Source: a virus (Duplodnaviria > Caudoviricetes). From it: a stretch of DNA of 60,636 nt. Below the pieces are notes generated by a model that had not been told where the DNA came from, did not search any database, and saw only the letters and a program-made list of their open reading frames with translations. Shown in pieces: positions 55,927 through 60,636 of this stretch. A program made the position numbers and the translations under genes. The stretch covers positions 1-60,636 of IMG/VR virus record IMGVR_UViG_3300019768_000005; one strand, given 5' to 3'. The number at the start of each line of letters is the position of its first letter. Within the stretch, counting starts at the first letter, position 1.

Positions 55927-56172
55927 TCAACCGTTATCCTTATTACCGTTTTCGCATGGGAACATATATTTAAATTCATCAAATTTTGACGTATCCACAC
56001 CAAAACAGTTGGCCATGAACATTGCGGCAGCTATATTTGCTGCTTTGTTTTCCACTCCATTGTCATATGCTGCCATGGCTAAATCGCAATGCCATCCCCA
56101 TGCATAAGATTTATCATCCTTCAAAGCATTTGTAATTGCAGTCATTGCCTGTTCAATACTTAAATCTTCCAT
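55927..56172 (-). CDS. Hypothetical protein
   Basis: YAWGWHCDLAMA. Confidence 0.65.
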   Translation of the reverse strand: MEDLSIEQAMTAITNALKDDKSYAWGWHCDLAMAAYDNGVENKAANIAAAMFMANCFGVDTSKFDEFKYMFPCENGNKDNG

Positions 56173-56188
56173 ACATCCCCCGTTATTT

Positions 56189-57595
56189 TCAAGTCAAAAA
56201 TGTAGACCCGATGCCACCAAAGCTGCTACCCTCGTTTGCAATGGCTGCCGCAATCTCTACCGGGTCCGCGTTCTCGTTGATCAACCCTCGACGTTTCATT
56301 TCGTCAATAACAGTAGTCCTGTCCAATATGCTTAATTTAAATGCATTTAGTAATGTGTTTGTATCAAAGTTTTGCAATGCAAGACTAAAATCAGTATTAA
56401 CAACCGCGCCACCCTTGAATTCAACGCCAAGCATCTCACACATAAAGCCAAGCGCCGTGTTTAATACATCCTGACACTCCATTGCCGTTGCGTTTAAAAA
56501 GCTGCCTGTTTTGGCCCCTGTTAATGCCTTCTCAGTTGCTGTTATGTTGCCGGATCTATCGTTTGCTATTAGATCGAGCCCCCACAAGGACATTAACGTC
56601 TCAATCCTGTCAAGGTCGGTCCATCCGTCCCCTATCGCTTTCCCTGAATGCTCAACATACATTAACTCGCCAAACTCGCTGCTTGAAAGTATTAAATTAC
56701 TCGGGGCTATTACAACCTTTCCATTTTCATCAACGTCGAGCATTTTGGCGAATAAAATAGGCACCCTGCAAAAGTGTAAAATATTATTCTGATCGCTGGA
56801 TGATACCCAGTGCTGCTGGTTTAGCTCTGCAAGGCCTGTCAACGGAGGTTTAGATGTGAACTCAGATATTTTTTTGCCTGTGAATAGGCTCGCCAGGCAG
56901 ATTTTATTTAGCGGAGTAGATCCAGAGTCATGTAAAACAAACTCATCTTTTTTGCTCTCCCGGTAAACTTCCCACCTGCCTGGATAAACTGCCCTGATTT
57001 GGTCTATCTCTTTAACATCAAAAGCACCATCATCTTCCTTTACTGTTTCTTTTATTCTGATTTGTGCAAGCTCCATATCTGGTCCGAGCTTATACCCAAT
57101 CAGATTCCCGGCTGGCACATGGACAAAATAAGGACGCCTACCAAGCTTGTTGTCTTGGCTTTTGTTCGTTTTGATTTCGTTCCCGTCATCGTCTTTGGGT
57201 AGAGGTTGAACATCAACGAATATATGGCCAGTTCCGTTAATGATAGCCCATTCAAAAAAATCCCTTGAGAATCTGGTCAAATTACGCTTTAAAAGGTCCA
57301 CGTTGTCCATCAGGTCAATTACTTCTTTTGGCGTGTCTTCCTGGAATGTAACCGGTTTGTCGAACACCTCACCACCCAGAATTGAGATTGTCCGCTCATA
57401 CCCACCAAACAAAAAAGACCTTAAAAGCCTTGCTTGATAATCCTTTGTGCCCTCGCGCTCTTCTTGCGGTAAAAATTCTTGGGCTGCATCTCGCATAGCC
57501 TGTGTGCCGCCCATCAGCGCATGTGGCAATGCAAGCGTTTTCATTAACTCGGTATATTCTTTGGCTGGTATTGACGGATCTTGCTTATCTACCAT
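56189..57595 (-). CDS. Portal protein (DUF4055-type)
   Basis: LMGGT.AMR..FLP..E..Y..RL, PPL..LA.LN..H..SSD, TATE; follows terminase. Confidence 0.88.
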   Translation of the reverse strand: MVDKQDPSIPAKEYTELMKTLALPHALMGGTQAMRDAAQEFLPQEEREGTKDYQARLLRSFLFGGYERTISILGGEVFDKPVTFQEDTPKEVIDLMDNVDLLKRNLTRFSRDFFEWAIINGTGHIFVDVQPLPKDDDGNEIKTNKSQDNKLGRRPYFVHVPAGNLIGYKLGPDMELAQIRIKETVKEDDGAFDVKEIDQIRAVYPGRWEVYRESKKDEFVLHDSGSTPLNKICLASLFTGKKISEFTSKPPLTGLAELNQQHWVSSSDQNNILHFCRVPILFAKMLDVDENGKVVIAPSNLILSSSEFGELMYVEHSGKAIGDGWTDLDRIETLMSLWGLDLIANDRSGNITATEKALTGAKTGSFLNATAMECQDVLNTALGFMCEMLGVEFKGGAVVNTDFSLALQNFDTNTLLNAFKLSILDRTTVIDEMKRRGLINENADPVEIAAAIANEGSSFGGIGSTFLT

Positions 57596-57792
57596 TTTTC
57601 CCACGCTCCCATTTCCACAAACCCACCTTCTGAATTAAATTCAAACAATATTTCTTGGTTGCTTTGGGTCTGTTTACCGTTAATACTTGGGCTTAAACAA
57701 ATAAACAGTTCAGACGGCTTTGACAGCTCAACTGATTTATATTCAACGCCCAATTCATTAAAAGTGTTTTTCAGTTTTTCCAGGTCAGTCAT
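57589..57792 (-). CDS. Tandem paralog 3
   Basis: MTDLEKLK..GVEY..FEFNSEGGFVEMGAW. Confidence 0.75.
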   Translation of the reverse strand: MTDLEKLKNTFNELGVEYKSVELSKPSELFICLSPSINGKQTQSNQEILFEFNSEGGFVEMGAWEKW

Positions 57793-57986
57793 TATTTCCA
57801 AGCTCCCATTTTCACGAACTTCCCTTGCTCATCGAACTCAAAATCTGTATAAAACAACGAAAACCCAGACACCTTTTTAGATCCTTCTTTGCAACAAACA
57901 AAGACATCGTCGTGTTCGTCCCTTTCCACAGAGAACTCAACCCCGAATTCATCAAGCAGTCCTTTTAGTTTTTCAAAATCTGTCAT
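57792..57986 (-). CDS. Tandem paralog 2
   Basis: MTDFEKLK..GVEF..FEFDEQGKFVKMGAW. Confidence 0.75.
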   Translation of the reverse strand: MTDFEKLKGLLDEFGVEFSVERDEHDDVFVCCKEGSKKVSGFSLFYTDFEFDEQGKFVKMGAWK

Positions 57987-58174
57987 TATTCATGAATCCA
58001 CATTTTAATAAATTTACCGCTAAAATCAAATTCAAAGCTTGCCGATCCTTCGCCGCTGACCATGTCCATGCCTGATTCGCATTCTACTATGACTGCACTC
58101 CTGCTATAATTATAGCATTTCGATTCGACACCGGAATCAGTTAGCATTTGCTTAAATCTTTCAAAGTCAGTCAT
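57986..58174 (-). CDS. Tandem paralog 1
   Basis: MTDFERFK..GVES..FEFDFSGKFIKM. Confidence 0.75.
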   Translation of the reverse strand: MTDFERFKQMLTDSGVESKCYNYSRSAVIVECESGMDMVSGEGSASFEFDFSGKFIKMWIHE

Positions 58175-58176
58175 TA

Positions 58177-59571
58177 TTATAGCCTCATTGATTGTGTTGT
58201 TGGCGGCATACGTTTCTTGATCGGGAATTTTGCGTTTAGATAATACCTTATCGCCGTTCCGATGTCTTGAACCCCTTCAGTGTCTCGCTCTTCGTGAAAC
58301 ACAGACCCCTTTTTTAACTGTATAGTCCCTAATTTGTCTATGGTCTTGCACTTCTCAGGGTTCACAAAAAACGATCTCTTGCCTGTTGCGTCAAGTATTT
58401 TGGCTCTTACTGCATTTTGCCCATTCTTTATAGGCCCGTTTTCCCTTGGGACTTTCATATATACTTTAAACCCAGCCTCCTCAAGCAGCTTTTTGAGTAT
58501 CAAGTAGTTTGATTCAAGCCCATGTTTCGCCCCTTTGTTCCCGTCTGCGTCACCATATATATATACAGGACATTTGGTGTGTTCCTTGTACCTCTCAATA
58601 AATTCAAGCCCTGCCATTTTAGCGTCAGCGCCACTTATCACAAATTCATCAACTGCATAAACGTCGTCGCCGTACTCTTGCAAAACACCAGAGCATAACG
58701 GAACAAAGTTGAAATCATGCGTCCAGATTATAGGCCTGCCTGGATCAAACACTTTGTCCGTGTGGTTTTCTTTTCCATAATTTGCGTATACATAAGATCC
58801 TGGATCACTACTACCATATTTATTGAGTATGAAGACATTAACCCATTCGATTGGCTTTCCTGCGATCTGTTTAAAATAATAATCTATGCCTATAACATGG
58901 TTCTTTATGTTTTCAGCTTCAGGGTTTTCTATAAACTCAGGCTCTTTTGTGGTACCGATATTAATAAGGGCTGGCGGTTGGTCAAAAAACTCCCAATCGC
59001 TTGGCTTTTCTGTTTCAGCCATCTTATACCACCAATTTGCTTCATCAGGTGAATTGGTGTCCATAATAACACCGGACCAATTAAAGCCGCCCATGCTTTT
59101 TGATGGATATCTGTTAACCCTACCCGTACCCATAGAGACATGCGTGTAGTCAATCTCAGATGCCTCATTAAACCATATACCGGTAAACTCAAGTGATTTT
59201 AGTTTTTTAACATCTTTGGGATGATCAAGGGCTAAGAATATAAGTTCGCATTCAACGACAGTCCCATCTTTTAAAGGAAATGTCATAACGCCTTGAATGG
59301 GGTGCCCATATGATATCTTTGTTACGCTGTCAAACCAGTCAAGCCACGTTGATATGGTGGTTGTTCTAAGCTCCCCATATGTCCCACGTACTATGCCCCA
59401 TTTTGATTTACGCTTTCCTTCAAAGGCCGTTTGATTGATTGATTTTAAAAGGATTTCCATGCAACACCCGACGCTTTTCCCACTACCGATACTACCACGC
59501 AGTCCTCGAACAAATGCATTTGACTTATGAAAACTTCTAATCGTTGGTTCGGCTTTGTAGTTTATATCCAC
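58177..59571 (-). CDS. terL: Terminase large subunit
   Basis: GSIGSGKS Walker A, WFNEASE Walker B, DTNSP, nuclease-domain DFN and YGDA. Confidence 0.92.
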   Translation of the reverse strand: MDINYKAEPTIRSFHKSNAFVRGLRGSIGSGKSVGCCMEILLKSINQTAFEGKRKSKWGIVRGTYGELRTTTISTWLDWFDSVTKISYGHPIQGVMTFPLKDGTVVECELIFLALDHPKDVKKLKSLEFTGIWFNEASEIDYTHVSMGTGRVNRYPSKSMGGFNWSGVIMDTNSPDEANWWYKMAETEKPSDWEFFDQPPALINIGTTKEPEFIENPEAENIKNHVIGIDYYFKQIAGKPIEWVNVFILNKYGSSDPGSYVYANYGKENHTDKVFDPGRPIIWTHDFNFVPLCSGVLQEYGDDVYAVDEFVISGADAKMAGLEFIERYKEHTKCPVYIYGDADGNKGAKHGLESNYLILKKLLEEAGFKVYMKVPRENGPIKNGQNAVRAKILDATGKRSFFVNPEKCKTIDKLGTIQLKKGSVFHEERDTEGVQDIGTAIRYYLNAKFPIKKRMPPTTQSMRL

Positions 59572-59573
59572 CG

Positions 59574-59906
59574 CTAATCGCCTAAATCAATGTTGAACAC
59601 TATTTGTTCTTTTTCTTCCGAGTCCTTGCTTGATTCTTTCTCTCGGTAACCACGATTTTTACCCTGACACTTCAAATACCAAATAATGGCACCCAAATCT
59701 TCGTCTTTTATTTTCTGAATTAGTTTATGTTCCGACAGGTCAAGATAAGACTCCCGTATTTCCAACAACGTCCTCTGTAACTGTGGACTTTTTTGAATCC
59801 TTGCATAGATAGCTTGATATGTAACACCAAGCTTCTTGGCTGCGTATGTGGTGAATCCACCTGTGGCCCTTAAAGCTGCATCTATTTCCCCTATCGACAA
59901 AGACAT
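59574..59906 (-). CDS. terS: Terminase small subunit
   Basis: N-terminal HTH, AIIWYLKCQGKNRGY; upstream of terL. Confidence 0.75.
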   Translation of the reverse strand: MSLSIGEIDAALRATGGFTTYAAKKLGVTYQAIYARIQKSPQLQRTLLEIRESYLDLSEHKLIQKIKDEDLGAIIWYLKCQGKNRGYREKESSKDSEEKEQIVFNIDLGD

Positions 59907-60080
59907 TTTTTATATATAAACTTTCTTAATCATAGCATAAAGATTAAATGTTGATAAACTTACCAAGCCCCATGACCATTTGCATGTGAGAACATCCCGG
60001 CTGAATACATAAAATTAATCAAATAAACACCCCTTTTATACAGCACATTTAAAAAAAATGCAAAACTATTGTTTTTATTG

Positions 60081-60109
60081 TTGACAACCTATGCTTGTTA
60101 GTATATATT
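60081..60109 (+). promoter_or_regulatory. Strong sigma70-like promoter
   Basis: TTGACA-17-TATATT. Confidence 0.7.
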
Positions 60110-60154
60110 GAACTTAAGAGTGAGACAAAAACCACTAACAAAGGAGAAAAAGAA

Positions 60155-60403
60155 ATGGAAGAATTAGCAATGTTGGCTGTAGAAAAAATCAATGGTTATA
60201 GATCAAACAAAACAATAATGGATTTTGTAACAAAAGAAGCGAGGGAGAAGGTTGCCGCAGAGATCAGAGCAGAATACAAAGGCGGCACAACCTATAAGGC
60301 TGTAGAGCTTTTGGAAATAAGACACCAGAATATTAAAGATCGGGTGAATACATACATTGACGCAGGCCTTGTTGGCTGTTACATGGCATCATTCGCACAA
60401 TAA
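60155..60403 (+). CDS. Hypothetical protein
   Basis: AGGAG RBS before MEELAM. Confidence 0.65.
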   Translation: MEELAMLAVEKINGYRSNKTIMDFVTKEAREKVAAEIRAEYKGGTTYKAVELLEIRHQNIKDRVNTYIDAGLVGCYMASFAQ

Positions 60404-60445
60404 ACCCAAAAGCCCGGGCAACCTGGCAACAAAGGAGAACAGATT

Positions 60446-60568
60446 GTGAAAAAAGTAATACCAACATTAGGATTTATAGCAGGCCTTTTAATGGCCGGAT
60501 CAGAAGGCCCAATATACATAAATTTTATCGGCCTTGGCGTTTTTTTATTAAGCTGCAAGGAGATATAA
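60446..60568 (+). CDS. Small membrane protein
   Basis: AGGAG RBS; hydrophobic; AGSEG motif. Confidence 0.5.
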   Translation: MKKVIPTLGFIAGLLMAGSEGPIYINFIGLGVFLLSCKEI

Positions 60569-60571
60569 AGA

Positions 60572-60636
60572 ATGGAATTTATAGCAACAATAGAAGACTC
60601 ATTTTTTGAATATGAAGTCAAGGCTTACATCACGAA
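60572..60636 (+). CDS. 5' part of the junction-spanning ORF
   Basis: AGGAG RBS, MEFIATIEDSFFEYEVKAYIT; continues at nt 1. Confidence 0.6.
   Translation, partial: MEFIATIEDSFFEYEVKAYIT

Noticed and set aside
1-60636. Genome-wide stop codon reassignment (code 15, or code 4/25)
   Set aside because: TAG ends core genes (capsid 41105, 40233), TGA ends many genes in ATGA overlaps, and long genes are intact under code 11.

Overview
This looks like an apparently complete, circularly permuted ~60.6 kb AT-rich tailed dsDNA phage genome with siphovirus-like morphogenesis; the two window ends join in frame into one ORF. The minus strand from ~59.9 to 26.5 kb carries TerS, TerL, portal, extra virion proteins, Mu gpF-like protein, scaffold, major capsid, head-tail connectors, tail tube, a -1 frameshifted tail chaperone, tape measure, fibre, M15 endolysin and a lipase. 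A ~7.5 kb island of small genes, antirepressors and HNH genes interrupts this arm. The minus strand from 17 to 0.2 kb carries Cro-like and other HTH proteins, a helicase-methyltransferase fusion, ThyA, a radical SAM enzyme, an initiator with iterons, a helicase loader, an intein-containing DnaB and SSB. The plus strand from 17.2 to 24.5 kb carries a RecE-like nuclease, a putative recombinase, and RusA-like and MazG-like genes. No integrase or clear CI was recognised. The most notable signal is candidate phage-encoded selenoproteins. The radical SAM gene has an in-frame TGA followed by a textbook bacterial SECIS-like hairpin. A Gly/Cys-rich protein has an in-frame TGA aligned with Cys of its own CxxC repeats (CxxU) and lies in a self-contained operon with a degenerate ferritin-like gene. 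Several other accessory genes also contain in-frame stops, so simple decay is the alternative explanation. A promoter-driven tRNA-like ncRNA sits beside the antirepressor cluster. All family assignments come from motif recognition by eye, not database searches.
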